In this document: positions 1-14,737 of the stretch, piece after piece
Position numbering within the stretch: position 1 is the stretch's first letter
How the letters are laid out: each line of letters starts with the position of its first letter
DNA from: Eledone cirrhosa
Taxonomy: Eukaryota
DNA length: 64,000 bases
Direction: 5' to 3'
Assembly: GCA_964016885.1 (NCBI GenBank)
Contig: OZ024764.1
Coordinates: 14,880,001 to 14,944,000, forward strand
Position numbers and translations under genes: made by a program
Notes under the pieces: model-generated
Told to the model about the DNA's origin: nothing
What the model saw: the letters and a program-made list of their open reading frames with translations, nothing else
The model's database searches: none

Positions 1-23
1 TGATTTTTGAACACACACATGCG

Positions 24-90
<67 letters not shown>

Positions 91-971
91 TGGCTGCCAA
101 CTCGTTTTCGAGTACGGCCACTACTTTATATCCCTGTAGGAGAACCCCTACCGATGCGCTGAACGGGTGTGATTTTTTAGTCCAGCCAGCGACTTGAAAA
201 CTCTGGTACAAACACTACACTTGTGACAATTATTGACACAAAGTGCTGGGCCCATGGTACCATGTGACGACAAGTGCAGAGAGATCTCCAGATATAAAGC
301 AATGCCTGTGCCGTGAAGCTTTTATAGTGAGCAAAGGCACTGCACAAAGCCAGTCCCACTCTCTTAACCAAGATGATATTTACCAAAAAGAAAAATAAGT
401 CAAGATGACCCCTTAGCCTTTGTCAAGGCTGAATTCTAGGAGAAGGAAAACTCTGATATAACACCTGCAACCCTGATAGTATATATATATATATATATAT
501 ATACATACATACGTCACTGTTTATTGACAGACAAGTTACAGAGACACACCCATGTATATACATCAACATATATATATGTGTATACACACACTCAAACATG
601 TATGTATGTATGTGTATATATATATATATATATATAAATTTTTTTTTTTTATTGTAGAATACTTTTATTTTAAATGAATTTATTTTTAGATTTTCCCAAA
701 TTCCCCAGATTTTTCCGGATTTTCTCGGATTTTTTCCGTCACATTTAATTATTTTATGGCATTAAATTTATCCAAAGAAATTTAGACTTTTTTAGTTTTA
801 ATTTTTCTACAAATATTTAGACAAATCTTTTGTTTTTGTGGTTTTCATTTGAATTTAAATTAAATATATATTAAAAAGACATTTCAAAAAATATTTTGGG
901 ATGTTATTTTTTAATTATCTTTAAAATTATATATATATATATATATATATGTATATGTGTGTGTGTGTATG

Positions 972-1021
<50 letters not shown>

Positions 1022-1071
1022 ATCATATATACATATGTATATATATATATATAAATAAATATATATATATA

Positions 1072-1130
<59 letters not shown>

Positions 1131-1498
1131 GTGAAAGAGTGTTAATACTGTAAATAAAACCCTTTTTGTACAGCCGACCATGTTATTCTTCACTCTTTCA
1201 CTATTATTACTCCAAGATTAACCTACATGGGAATTCTCACAACCTCCCCACCTAACTAAGGAAACCTCTTGTTGAGTGAAACAACGCCCTACGTTAAAAC
1301 CATCCACAGTACAGAGTACCCACAACCCCTAACTGGATTACCTAAAACTATAATTTGTTATCCCATATATATATATAATCGATATGATTCCAGTTCCTCA
1401 GTGAAATAACAACCCAACCAGGAACTGGGCATATCAGAGTATTGACAAAATTATACAACTCAACAACATATGTACTTGTCTATACCACACTAATTCAA

Positions 1499-1553
1499 AC
1501 TGCCTGAAGAGGTCACAGCCAAAGATGGCTGTCACTGAAATATATATAGCAGT
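1499..1553 (+). ncRNA. Minimal type-I hammerhead ribozyme
   Basis: actgc-CUGAAGA-stem II(gtcacagcc/ggctgtcac)-GAAA-uauaua-UA-gcagt. Confidence 0.85.
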
Positions 1554-1727
1554 AATAAACGAAGCTAAATTTTAAACATTTGACTTTTTATTTTACTTTA
1601 TTTTATATATATATATATATAAGTATTGAAATTTTCGTTGAAAACAGAAAAGGTCATAGAAGTGAAGAGTGCTCTATGTAAGTATCAGAGCAAAATTTAA
1701 TGTATAAAAATCAATACAATATAATTA

Positions 1728-1797
1728 CCTCATTACCAGAGGTTTCCCGAATGAGGTGAATACGAAAGAAGCGTCTTCATTCGTTCGTCAGACGAGG
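1728..1797 (-). ncRNA. Type-I hammerhead ribozyme
   Basis: Minus: cctcgt-CUGACGA-cgaatga/tcattcg-GAAA-cc tct gg-UA-atgagg. Confidence 0.8.
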
Positions 1798-1857
1798 CAA
1801 TATATATATATATATATGATATTAAATAAATGGAAACTATATTTATAAAACCATATT

Positions 1858-1923
1858 TATTTCATTATATATATTTCAGGGATATCATATTAACAATATG
1901 TTATGCCTTCTTCAGACAAAATA
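1858..1923 (-). ncRNA. Minimal type-I hammerhead ribozyme
   Basis: Minus: tattttgt-CUGAAGA-aggcataacatatt/aatatgatatccct-GAAA-uauaua-UA-atgaaata. Confidence 0.8.
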
Positions 1924-2476
1924 CAATATAAACAGTCTTATAAATAAATAGATATGACATACCTTTCAATCGACTTGCATTTGGGAATATACTCCAAATA
2001 CTTGTTGAGTGCTTTTATATCAGTTATAAATATTTACTCGTTGTTAACCCAACAATTTAAATATAACTTTCCATATATATATATATATATATATAATTTA
2101 AAAGATAATTAAAAAATAACATCCCAAAATATTTTTTGAAATTTCTTTTTAATATATATTTAATTTAAATTCAAAAAATGAAAACCACAAAATAAAAAAG
2201 ATTTGTCTAAATATTGGTAGAAAAATTAAGACTAAATTTCTTCGAATAAAATTAACGCCATAGAAACTATTTAATGTGATGGAAAAAATCCGAGAAAATC
2301 CAGAAAAATCTAAAAATAAATTTTTAAAAAATAAAAATAATATTCGACAAAGAAAGGAAAAAATAAAGAAACGGAAAAAGTATATATAAATAAGAGGTTG
2401 ATTTAAAAGAAAATTAAACGAACTTTAAAGGTTAATTAATGCAGATTTGCTACCAGTCTTATGGTAGCCAGAATAC

Positions 2477-2568
<92 letters not shown>

Positions 2569-2577
2569 TATATATAT

Positions 2578-2653
<76 letters not shown>

Positions 2654-2812
2654 GCACACACATAAATACATACATATATATATATGCATACATATACATA
2701 CATACACATATTTACATACATATATGCTTATATACATACACACAGTCATATATACATACATATATATATATATATACATACATACGTACACAGACATATA
2801 TATGTATGCATG

Positions 2813-3001
<189 letters not shown>

Positions 3002-3242
3002 CGAAGGAAATGTGGTAAGGAATCAGATGGACCATAACGCGCCAGAGTACTCAATACTTAGGATAGTAGAAGTATGACCCCGACGGCAGAGCTCAAGCTG
3101 TTTCGAAGACTATTTCTGGACAGAAATAGCCGTTGAAACGGCTTGAGCTCTGCCGTCGGGGTCATATTTTTTCCTATATATCTATATATATATATTTATC
3201 TATATATATAGATATTTAAATATATATATATATAATATTTAA

Positions 3243-3307
<65 letters not shown>

Positions 3308-3362
3308 AATATATATATATATATATATATATATTTAAATATATATATATATACACATACAT

Positions 3363-3410
<48 letters not shown>

Positions 3411-3412
3411 AT

Positions 3413-3476
<64 letters not shown>

Positions 3477-3515
3477 TCACATATATATATATATACACAT
3501 ACATATACATACATA

Positions 3516-3552
<37 letters not shown>

Positions 3553-3580
3553 TCACATATATATATATACACACATACAT

Positions 3581-3632
<52 letters not shown>

Positions 3633-3797
3633 TCACATATATATATATATACACACATACATATACATACATATATATGTATATATATATATATATATAT
3701 ATACATACACATTCACATATATATATATATATATATATACACATACATATACATACATATATATGTATATATATATATATATATATACATACACATT

Positions 3798-3838
<41 letters not shown>

Positions 3839-3925
3839 TCACACATATATATATATACACTAATAAAGGTTTACATAACACGAAACCAACACCCCAACAA
3901 TAACAAGAGTAAAAAGGTCCCTTAC

Positions 3926-4088
3926 CACAATTGGAAAAGAAGGGTGGTCCTTTTTTGAGGTTTAGGATTCCGTTTTTTTAAGGAGTTTTAAATGTTTTTT
4001 CTTGTTTCAATGTAGTGCGGGACTTCCTGCTGTTATATAAAGACTGTCAGGATGAACAAAGGCTTCTGGTGTACAGCCCTATTATATA
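3926..4088 (-). promoter_or_regulatory. Candidate TATA box plus non-coding first exon of a second gene running leftwards
   Basis: Minus strand CTATATAATAGGG (4089-4077) and TG|GTAAGG donor at 3926/3925 in unique sequence; no downstream exon identified in the window. Confidence 0.45.
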
Positions 4089-4229
4089 GTGTGGCTGGAT
4101 GGAGGGGGCTGGGGGGGGGGGGGCGTGGTTCTCTTATGAGGAGTAGACATAGGTGGCACAATGAAGGGTCGGTGGGGGAGGGAGGGGGGGTTTGGTGGTC
4201 GTTGACAGCGTTTGTTGGTTGGTAGAGGG

Positions 4230-4820
4230 GCTGGTGGTGGTGTTGTTGGTGTTGGTGGTTGTGGTGGTGTTGGTGTTGGTGGTGAAGGTGGTGGTGGTGG
4301 TGTTGGTGGTGGTGGTGGTGGTGGTGTTGGTGAAGGTGGTGTTGGTGAAGGTGATGGTGGTGGTGGTAGTGGTGGTGTTGGTGTTGGTGTTGGTGGTGGT
4401 GAAGGTGATGGTAGTGGTGTTGGTGATGGTGGTGGTGGTAGTGGTGGTGTTGGTAAAGGTGATGGTGGTGGTGGTGGTGTTGGTGGTGGTGGTGAAGGTG
4501 ATGGTGGTGGTGTTGGTGTTGGTGATGGTGGTAGTGGTGGTGGTGTGGTGGTGGTGGTGGTAGTAGTAGTGGTGGTGGTGGTGGTGGTGGTAGTAGTAGT
4601 GGTGGAGGTGGTGGTGGTGTTGGTGAAGGTGGTAGTGGTGGTGGTGGTGGTAGTGGTGGTGGTAGTAGTAGTGGTGGTAGTGGTGGTGGTGGTAGTAGTA
4701 GTGGTGGAGGTGGTGGTGGTGGTGGTGGTGGTGGTAGTAGTAGTGGTGGTGGTGGTGGTGGTGGTGGTGGTAGTAGTAGTGGTGGTGGTGGTAGTAGTAG
4801 TGGTGGAGGTGGTGGTGACT
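4230..4820. repeat. (GGT/GTA)n low-complexity tract (similar tracts at 9718-10900, 29800-30105, 60810-60950)
   Basis: Direct inspection. Confidence 0.9.
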
Positions 4821-4913
4821 GCAAAAACAATAGCAAGAAGAAGAAGAAGGAAAACATCAACACCAACAACTTTTTTGTTTCTGGTGGGAATAAGCTAAAA
4901 AATAGAACAAGAC

Positions 4914-5108
<195 letters not shown>

Positions 5109-5126
5109 TATATACATATATATAAT

Positions 5127-6335
5127 CATCATCATCATCATCATCACCGTTTTACGTCCGTTCTTCCACGCTAGCATGGGTTAGACGGGTTGTCCTGTTG
5201 TGGGCAGTGTCTGGTCGGCTGACCATGCCTTGCTCATACAGGAACTGATCTGGCTTGATTTCTACAGCTGGATGCCCTTCCTAACACCAACCTCATTTAC
5301 AGTGAGTGCTGGGTGCTTTTTCGTGGCGCCTACACGTCCACTTTACAGTGTGGGCTGGGTGCTTTTTTGCCGTGGCACCTCCACGACCACCTTGCGGTGG
5401 GGGGGGGGGGGGCATATTGTTTATATGCTTCAGCATGTACCCATGGGAGGTCGGGTACCCTGTATTACTGCGTGACGCCAGAAGTCACGGTCGTGTGTCA
5501 TTGACTTTGAGAGGTGTAGTTGGGTAAGGTCGGCTCTTATCACCTCATCCCAAGTCATCTTGGGTCTCCCCACTCCGCGGTTTCCATCAACTTCTAGTGC
5601 TCTGCACCTTTTTATGCAGCTGTCATCCTTCATACGCATCACATGTCCATACCAGCGTAACCGCCTCTCCTGCACGCAGCATTTGATTCCTCTTATGCTC
5701 AGTCTCTCTCTCAATTCATTTATGCTTTGTCGTTCACGTATATTACTGTTACACATCCATCGGAGCATGCAGGCTTCGTTTCTCTCTAATCTACGTAAGT
5801 CTTCCACCTTCAGCGCCCAGGTCTCACTACCATGCAACATCGCTGTTCGGATACACGCATCATACAGTCTGCCTTTCATTCTGAGGGAGAAGCCTTTTGC
5901 AGCTAGCAGTGGTAGTAGTTCCCTAAACTTCTTCCATCCCGTTCTTACCCTAGTTATTGTACTTTCTGAGCACCCACCTCCGTTGCTAATTCGGTCACCT
6001 AGGTAGCAGAAGCTGTCTACTGTTTCTACAGGGCCCTCCCAGAGATTGGTGGTACTTGTTTCCTGTGGCTGTTTGCTTGCTGTTTCAGCACAGCTGCTGC
6101 ATGTGAATCCTACATTCTTAATTAAGCTTCCTGAGATCCCGCTACATCTCTTGTGTACCCATTGTTTGCATTTGGGGCAAAGAATGGAGTTCCTACCTAC
6201 ACCTTTCCTACATACTGAGCAAGGCCATTTCCCTGAGGGGATCTGGGTTCTGTTTTCTCGTCTACTTATAAGGACCTTAGTCTTTGTCATGTTGACTTTG
6301 AGGCCCTTTCTCTCTAGTCCCTGCTTCCAGGTTTG
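5127..6335 (-). mobile_element. RTE-type LINE, 5'-truncated (RT C-terminal half with PHD finger, 3' UTR, (GAT)n tail)
   Basis: GLKVNMTKTKV, FCYLG, MLHGSETW, RRLRWYGHVMRM, GRPKMTW. Confidence 0.9.
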
Positions 6336-6606
6336 GAATATAATGTATACATATATACATATACATATATACATATGTACACATACATATATATATACAC
6401 ACATGTATATATATATATACAGACGTACATATATATATATACACATATACATAGATATACACTACATACGTACATACACATATATATATACACGCATAGA
6501 CATAAACACATATACATACACATAAATACATACATACACATATATACACACATGCGCACATATACTCATACACATACATATGTATACATATATACATATA
6601 CATATG

Positions 6607-6952
6607 CCAGACAGTCCACGCTGTAATGTGGCCGTGTAGGCAACACGGTAAAAACCTCCCAGCCCCACACTGTAAATGTGGTTGGTGTTAGGAAGGGCAT
6701 CCAGCTGTAGAAAACCCGCCAGACAGTCCACGCTGTAATGTGGCCGTGTAGGCAACACGGTAAAAACCTCCCAGCCCCACACTGTAAATGTGGTTGGTGT
6801 TAGGAAGGGCATCCAGCTGTAGAAAACCCGCCAGACAGTCCACGCTGTAATGTGGCCATGTAGGCAACACGGTAAAAACCTCCCAGCCCCACACTGTAAA
6901 TGTGGTTGGTGTTAGGAAGGGCATCCAACTGTAGAAAACCCGCCAGACAGTC
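6607..6952. repeat. 112-bp tandem repeat x3 from RTE 3' UTR
   Basis: ccagacagtcc recurs at 6607, 6719, 6831, 6943. Confidence 0.9.
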
Positions 6953-7164
6953 CTATGCGAGCAAGACAACCACTCTTGCCTCAAGTGGGAAAACCCCCGT
7001 CCAAACCCATGCATGCGTGGAAGATGGACGCTAAACCTGATGATGATGATGATGATGATGATACACATACACACATGCACACACACATATATGTGTGTGT
7101 GCATATATATACCACTATCAGGCTAAATAATTTCTTTAATTTCTTTACTCAAAATAGGGAGATA

Positions 7165-8280
7165 TGTTTCTTTTATTTGCCACCAGGGCATCAAAAGTGG
7201 GACAAGTACAAAGGGGGGAGTTTACAAAACAAGGCGTCCTCAATAGGGAGGAGGCAATAACAATATATAAAAATAAAATAAAATATAACAAAAAATAAAA
7301 TTTATAACAAAATCCTCAATAGAGAGGAGGCGCCTTGGGGGGTCACACACAACCCCGAAAAAGCGTGCAACCCTTTTCCTCAGGAGCACAGAGAGGGGCT
7401 GCTCCCTCGTTCCTTCCTCCTTCCCACCTACAGGCTTATGTAAAGAGAAGGCCCATTCACGCGGGCCATTCTCGCCACTTTCAAATTTATTTTGTTATAT
7501 TTTATTTTATTTTTATACTTTTATATCTTGTTATTGCCTCCTCCATATTGAGGATGCCTTTGCATGTAAACTCCCCCCTTTGTACTTGTCCCTCTTTTGA
7601 TGCCCTGGTGGCAAATAAAAAGAAAGTTATCTATCTATCTATCTATCTACCTAGGTGGGTGAAAGTGGCGAGAATGGCCCGTGTGAATGGGCCTTCTCTT
7701 TACATGAGCCTGTAGGTGGAAAAGAGGAAGGAACGAGGGAGCACCCCCTCTCTGTGCTCCTGAGGAAAAGGGCTGCACACTTTTTTCGGGGGTGTGTGAG
7801 ACCCCCCAAGGCGCCTCCTCTCTATTGAGGATTTTGTTATAATTCTATTTTTTGTTACATTTTATTTTATTTTTATATATTGTTATTGCCTCCTCCTTAT
7901 TGAGGACGCCTTGTTTTGTAAACTCCCCCCTTTGTACTTGTCCCACTTTTGATGCCCTGGTGGCAAATAAAAGAAACATATCTATCTACCTATATATAGT
8001 CTGATGTAAAGAGAAGGCCCATTCACACGGGCCATTCTCGCCACTTTCACCCACCTTTCATAAAAACGACTGGGGTGCAGCACCTCTCTCTCCATCCTGA
8101 TCCTTCTTCCGAAATGATCTCGGAAGAAACGGACCAGTTGTTGGCCAGAGAGAAAGGTGCCTGACCTCAGTCCTTTCAGACGCGTCCACCATACAACCCC
8201 TTTCACCATGGCTATTACGCACAGAAACACCGCCTCTCCTTCATCTTTGAAGGGGGGAGGCGGCTTGATCATTACATCAA
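7165..8280. mobile_element. Cluster of Tx1-like 3' ends in both orientations
   Basis: 7165-7480 is the reverse complement of 7655-7980; 8000-8280 matches 37825-38100 on the minus strand. Confidence 0.75.
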
Positions 8281-8302
8281 AATAAGGAGATAGCTTACAT
8301 TT

Positions 8303-8893
8303 ATAACTGTTTCTACTTTAGGCACAAGGCCAGCAATTACCCCAGTGTATTACTGGTACTTTATTTTATCGACCCCCGTAATAACTGTTTCTACTTTAGG
8401 CACAAGGCCAGCAATTACCCCCAGTGTATTACTGGTACTTTATTTTATCAGCACCGTAATAACTGTTTCTACTTTAGGCACAAGGCCAGCAATTACCCCA
8501 GTGTATTACTGGTACTTTATTGTATCAACCCCCGTAATAACTGTTTCTACTTTAGGCACAAGGCCAGCAATTACCCCAGTGTATTACTGGTACTTTATTT
8601 TATCGACCCCGTAATAACTGTTTCTACTTGAGGCACAAGGCCAGCAATTACCCCAGTGTATTACTGGTACTTTATTTTATCAACCCCGTAATAACTGTTT
8701 CTACTTGAGGCACAAGGCCAGCAATTACCCCAGTGTATTACTGGTACTTTATTTTATCAACCCCGTAATAACTGTTTCTACTTTAGGCATAAGGCCAGCA
8801 ATTACCCCAGTGTATTACTGGTACTTTATTTTATCGACCCCCGTAATAACTGTTTCTACTTTAGGCACAAGGCCAGCAATTACTCCAGTGTAT
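8303..8893. repeat. ~78-bp tandem repeat x~7.5 from SINE 3' end
   Basis: ataactgtttctactttaggcacaaggccagc periodicity. Confidence 0.9.
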
Positions 8894-9209
8894 TCTCAGA
8901 CCGGGTGATGTGTTGTTTCCTTGAGCAAGACACTTTATTTCACATTTCTCCAGTTTACTCAGCTGTAGAAATGAGATGATAGGGACTGGGGTCCCTATCA
9001 TTCCACTGCAAAGAGGTCGTGGAGGTGCCACGGCAAAAAAGCGCCCAGCACTCACTGTAAATGAGGTTGGTGTTAGGAAGGGCATCCAGCTGTAGAAATC
9101 AAGCCAGAATCAGTTCCCGTCCCACCCTTGCAAGCAGGGAAAAGTGGATGTAAAATGATGATGATGATGATGATGATATATATATATATATATATATATA
9201 TAGATATAT

Positions 9210-9362
9210 ATATATATATTTTCGTGTACAGATATTTTTGCATACACAATACCAAAATATAAACAAACATATTTATCTCACGAGGCTCGATAAGGATAAA
9301 TCTATATCAAATATATAAGAACCCTACAGCAAATCCTGAGCAATGCCGGGCCATTCTACTAG
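9210..9362 (+). mobile_element. Possible Helitron-like 3' terminus
   Basis: Degenerate hairpin cctgagcaatgccggg followed 8 nt later by CTAG|T. Confidence 0.4.
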
Positions 9363-11339
9363 TACACACTAATATACACAATATTTACACCATATACACA
9401 TAAAATACACACCAATATATACACAATATAGACATAATATACACAATATATACACCATATACACACAATATATACACCATATATACACACAGTATATACA
9501 CACAATATTTACACCAATATATACACAATATAGACATAATATATACTATATATACACACTATATACATACACCATATACACCTTACTATTATCTAATGGC
9601 AGTGGGAAATCTCCCACACTTAATATAACTATATTACATTTTTTCTCATTAACACAATTTTTTAATTGTCTTTACGGCACCATTAATTACTGATTAATTA
9701 AAGCCAAGGACACCAGTGTGGTGGTGGTGGTGTGGTGGTGTGGTGGTGGTGGTGTGGTGTTAGTAGTGGTGGTGGTGGTGTGGTGGTGTGGTGGTGTGGT
9801 GGTAGTGGTGGTGGTGGTGGTGTGGTGGTGGTGGTGTGGTGTTAGTAGTGGTGGTGGTGGTGTGGTGGTGTGGTGGTGTGGTGGTAGTGGTGGTGTGGTG
9901 TGGTGGTGTGGTGGTAGTGGTAGTGGTGATAGTGGTGATAGTGGTGATAGTGGTGGTGGTGGTGTGGTGGTGGTGGTGTGGTGGTGTGGTGGTGGTGGTG
10001 GTGGTGTGGTGGTGTGGTGGTGTGGTGGTGGTGGTGTGGTGGTAGTGGTAGTGGTGATAGTGGTGATAGTGGTGATAGTGGTGGTGGTGGTGTGGTGGTG
10101 GTGGTAGTGGTGGTAGTAGGGGTGGTGGTGGTGGTGTGGTGGTAGTGGTGGTAGTGGTGTGGTGGTGTGGTGGTGTGGTGGTGGTGGTGTGGTGGTGTGG
10201 TGGTGTGGTGGTGTGGTGGTGGTGGTAGTAGTGGTGTGGTGGTGTGGTGGTGGTGGTGGTAGTGGTAGTAGTGGTGGTGGTGTGGTGGTGGTGGTAGTGG
10301 TGGTGGTGGTGTGGTGGTGTGGTGGTGTGGTGGTAGTGGTGGTAGTGGTGATAGTGGTGGTAGTGGTGGTGGTGGTGTGGTGGTGTGGTGGTGGTGGTAG
10401 TAGTGGTGGTGGTGGTGGTAGTGGTGGTAGTGGTGGTAGTGGTGGTGGTGGAAGTGGTGGTAGTGGTGGTAGTGGTGGTGGTGGTGTGGTGGTGTGGTGG
10501 TAGTGGTGGTAGTGGTGGTGGTGGTGTGGTGGTGTGGTGGTGGTGGTAGTAGTGGTGGTGGTGGTGGTAGTGGTGGTAGTGGTGGTAGTGGTGGTGGTGG
10601 TAGTGGTGGTAGTGGTGGTGGTGGTGTGGTGGTGTGGTGGTAGTGGTGGTAGTGGTGGTGGTGGTGTAGTGGTGGTGTGGTGGTGGTGGTAGTAGTGGTG
10701 GTGGTGGTGTGGTGGTGGTGGTGGTGGTGGTGGTGGTGGTAGTGGTAGTAGTGGTGGTGGTGTGGTGGTGGTGGTGGTAGTGGTGGTGGTGGTGTGGTGG
10801 TGTGGGTAGTAGTCATTGCGGTGTGGTTGTGGTTGTTGTTGTTGTGGTGGTGTTTGTGGTGGTGGTGGGGTAGTGGCGTGGTGTTGGTAGTGGGGTGTGT
10901 GCTGCTGATCCAGAAAATAGGGACAAGTTTTTCAGAGAAATAAATATAAGGTAAAAAAAATATCAACTGGGGTCGATTTTATTGACAAAATAAAACCCTT
11001 TGGTCGTAGGGCTTTGGTGGGAAGGGTTAAAGTGTTTATATTTATCTAAAAATCTGCCATCATAATTTTATGTAAGAACCTTTGTTAAGTTATGTTCCAA
11101 ACACCAACAGTGTCTTTCATTAGAAATATGGTAATGAAAGGGTTAAAGTGTTTATATTTATCTAAAAACCTGCCATCATAATTTTATGTAAGAACCTTTG
11201 TTAAGTTATGTTCCAAACACCAACAGAGAAATATGGTAATGAAAGGGTTAATGATTCTACAAATTTGTCGCCAGGCTTTGGCAAGTTCTGTTTTTTGTGC
11301 ATAGACAGCTCTCCATGTCTTAGCCACACACTTTCTTAA

Positions 11340-12490
11340 ACTAACCTGGGCCTCACTCCATAACAAGCCAGTGGTCACTGCTCTATACCAACTCCAAAGC
11401 CCAAGTCATTACACCTGATGGGATGACAGAGTTCTTTGAGATACTGGCTGGAGTGCTCCAGGGAGATACATTGGCTCCCTACCTTTTTACCATCGTAGTG
11501 GACTATTGTATGCGCCTTGCGCTGGAGAAACACCAGGACTCGGGCTTTACTGTAACACCGGCTCAGAGCAGGAGAGTTAAGGCTAAAAAGATATCAGATG
11601 CTGAATTTGGTGATGAAATAGTTCTGATGACAAACACAGTGAAGGAGGCAGAGGAGTTGAGGCAGGGGGTGGAGACTGTGTCGATGAGTGTGGGGCTGAG
11701 AATGAATGAGAGTAAGACGAAATATCTGGTAGAGAACATCAAGGAGCCAGAGAAGATTATGAATGTAGGCAGGAAGCCACTGGAGCTGGTTGAGGACTTC
11801 ATTTACCTGGGAGCAAAGATTGGGAACACAGAGGATGATGTGGTGGAGAGGAAGAGCAAAGTTTGGGCGGCATGTCACAGTTTGAGGTTGGTGTGGAAGT
11901 CGGACCTTCGTAAAGACCTGAAGATCCGTCTCTTCGTTGCTACAGTGGAGTCTGTGCTGCTGTACGGGTCTGAGACTTGGACACTGACCAAGAAACTCAC
12001 TCAGATGGTGGATGGGTGCTACACGAGAATGCTGAGGATGGCTCTGAACATTAATCAGTATACACTGAGGATGAAGAACTCAGAGCTGTACGGGAGCCTC
12101 CCAAAAGTCAGCTCGAGAGTGACACAGAGGAGACTGGGGTTAGCTGGACATGCTCACCGACATCCAGAGTTGACACTGCACTCAGTGCTCCTGTGGGAGC
12201 CCCTACATGGACACACTGGAAGCGAGAGACCGAGAATATATATATATATATACACACATACACACACACACATATATGTATATATATATGTATATATATC
12301 TATATATATATATATATATATATGTGTAAAGCTCAAAAGTGACACAGAGGAGACTGAGGTTAGCACTCGGTGCTCCTGTGGGAGCCCCTACTCGGACACA
12401 CTGGAAGGGGGAGACCAAGGTTAACATGTTGATACCCTAAGGACAGACATTGGTCCATAGGAGCTATGGGACATGATGATGATGATGATG
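11340..12490 (+). mobile_element. Second RTE-like LINE family, degenerate RT, interrupted by microsatellite
   Basis: GVLQGDTLAPYLF, catalytic motif decayed to EFGDE, GLRMNESKTK, LLYGSETW; (GAT)n tail ~12475-12490. Confidence 0.85.
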
Positions 12491-12574
12491 GATCTTGAGA
12501 ATTTGACCCACTCTATATAAATATATATGTATATATATGTATATATATATATGTGTGTGTATATATATATATAG

Positions 12575-12763
12575 TAATTGTTTCTACTTTAGGCACAAGG
12601 CCAGCAATTACCCAGTGTATTACTGGTACTTTATTCTATCGACCCCGTAAGGATGAAAAGCAAAGTTAACCTCGACGGGATTTGAACTCAGAATGGCAAG
12701 GGCCGTAACTCTATGCACCAAAGCATGACATCCAACCCTCTACCGATACTGTCAATCCACCGC
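12575..12763 (-). mobile_element. Second tRNA-derived SINE family (other copies: 30548-30705 -, 35577-35737 +, 45195-45320 +, 53097-53275 -, 59460-59580 -)
   Basis: B box GAGTTCAAATCC; conserved ctttgcctttcatccttacggggtcgataaaataaagtaccag body. Confidence 0.8.
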
Positions 12764-14014
12764 CTATATATATAGTAATAATAATAAATTTGAAGACTAA
12801 AATCCAAAGAGGGGTCAATAAGGATAAATAGGTGTATATTTTTATATATTCTGGTACAGATGCTTTTGGTTATGTGTATACGGGAGTTTTGTGTCTGTGT
12901 GAGTATGCAGGTTTGTACGTATGTTGGGTGTGTGTATAAGTGTACTACATGTTTTGGTTGACTTACGTCTCCGAACATTTGTGTATTTACATGTAGGTAT
13001 GTGTGTGCGCTTGTTATATACGTATTTATTTATTTATATACGTTTATTTAATTATTTGTTTATTTGTATACACGCACACTCACATATTTATATGTGCATG
13101 TATTTGTATACCTATGGTGAGTGTTTTCGCGTATGCTTTTGTATGTACGTATTTGGACGCGTGTATGTATTTATTTAATTTCTATTACCTCTGTATTGTA
13201 TTTTATTTATTTTATTCTTAACTCTGAAGCAGAGAATCATTCGGTTTCCTAGTTAGAATTTAGTCTACGACTTCAGTTATACCATTTACGTGGTTTTGTC
13301 TTTGCATGCAATTGTTCTCCACACTCCACATACGACTTATTATTTTCGTTTTTTCCGTTCATTGCCAGAGAACGTCTCTATGAACCACCTAAGAGAACAT
13401 TAGTCTACGACTTCTTTTATACCATAAACGTGGTTCTGTCTTTGCACGTAATTGTCTTTCACCGCTCCTATTAATGACGTATTATATTCGTTTTTTCCTG
13501 TTCTTTGCCAGGGAACGTTTCCACGAACCAAAGTATCGTCTTCCTGTCTTCCTCCGGTTGCAACGTTTTTTGAAATATTCACTTCTGCGTTTACAGATTG
13601 ACTTTGTTAGTTTCAGAAGATCCCGTTAAGGGTGAAAGCAGCGATTCTTTGCTTAAACTTTAATCTGTTATTTTAATAAATATATATATATATTTCCTGA
13701 GTTCAGTCTTTTTCGTGGCTATGGTCACTGGGGCCCTTCTATCGGTCGCTGTCTTCATTTTGCAAAGCTGTCTAAACGTAATGTTATAACTCTAGGGTTA
13801 TATACCCCTATTGAGTGCTTAGCTGCACACCGAGACTACATTCATTAGCTTAGCTGCAACCTTGGCTTCGTTGATGCTGTACTAAATTTTGTATATATAT
13901 ATATCATCATCATCATTTAATATCTATTTTCCACACCAGCATGGGTTAGACGGATTGTCCCATAGATAGAAAGACATACAGACAGACAGATAGATAGATA
14001 GATAGATAGATAGA

Positions 14015-14706
14015 TTTCTTTATTAGCCACAGGGGTACAAAAGAAGGGGACAAATACAAAGGGGGAAGTTTACATACAATAAAAACATGTAAAATATTAT
14101 CACAAATGCAATTTAAAAAATTAGTCGATTTTCTCCAATAGGGGGAGACATTACATATGGGTAACACATACCCCCGAAAAAATGTGCAACCCTCATCTCC
14201 AGGAGTACGAAGAGTTTGTACTCCTTTCTTCTCTTCCTCCTTTTCCTCAACCTACAGGCTGATATAGAGAGAAGGCCCATTCACTCAAGCCACTATCTAT
14301 CTATCTATATAGATAGATTTCTTTATTAGCCACAAGGGCGCAACAAGAAAAGGGGACAATACAAAGACATGCCGGGGATTTTACATACAGTCGTGTAAAA
14401 AATATAAAAACAAACAATTTCAACAATCGAAATCCCCAATAGGGGGGAGGCGCCACAAATGGATAGTTTAATACCCCGTCGATAGAACAACCCTCAACTC
14501 GAGGAGCGTGTTGTGCAAGTGCTCCTTTCTTCCTTTTGCTCTCTTCCTCAACCTACAGGCTTATAAACAGAGAAGGCCCAATCACTCGGGCCATTTTCGC
14601 CACATTCACCCACCTTTCAGTAAATTTACTGGGGTGCAGTGCCTCTCTCTCCACCCTGATTCTCCTTCTAAAGTGATACTTAAAGAAGGGAATCAATTTC
14701 TTCCTT

Positions 14707-14737
<31 letters not shown>

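Noticed and set aside
4033-4869. Poly-Pro/poly-His ORF with a hydrophobic start (and similar ORF 9842-10966)
   Set aside because: Open in several frames on both strands because it is a (GGT/GTA)n tract; no splice or unique coding context.
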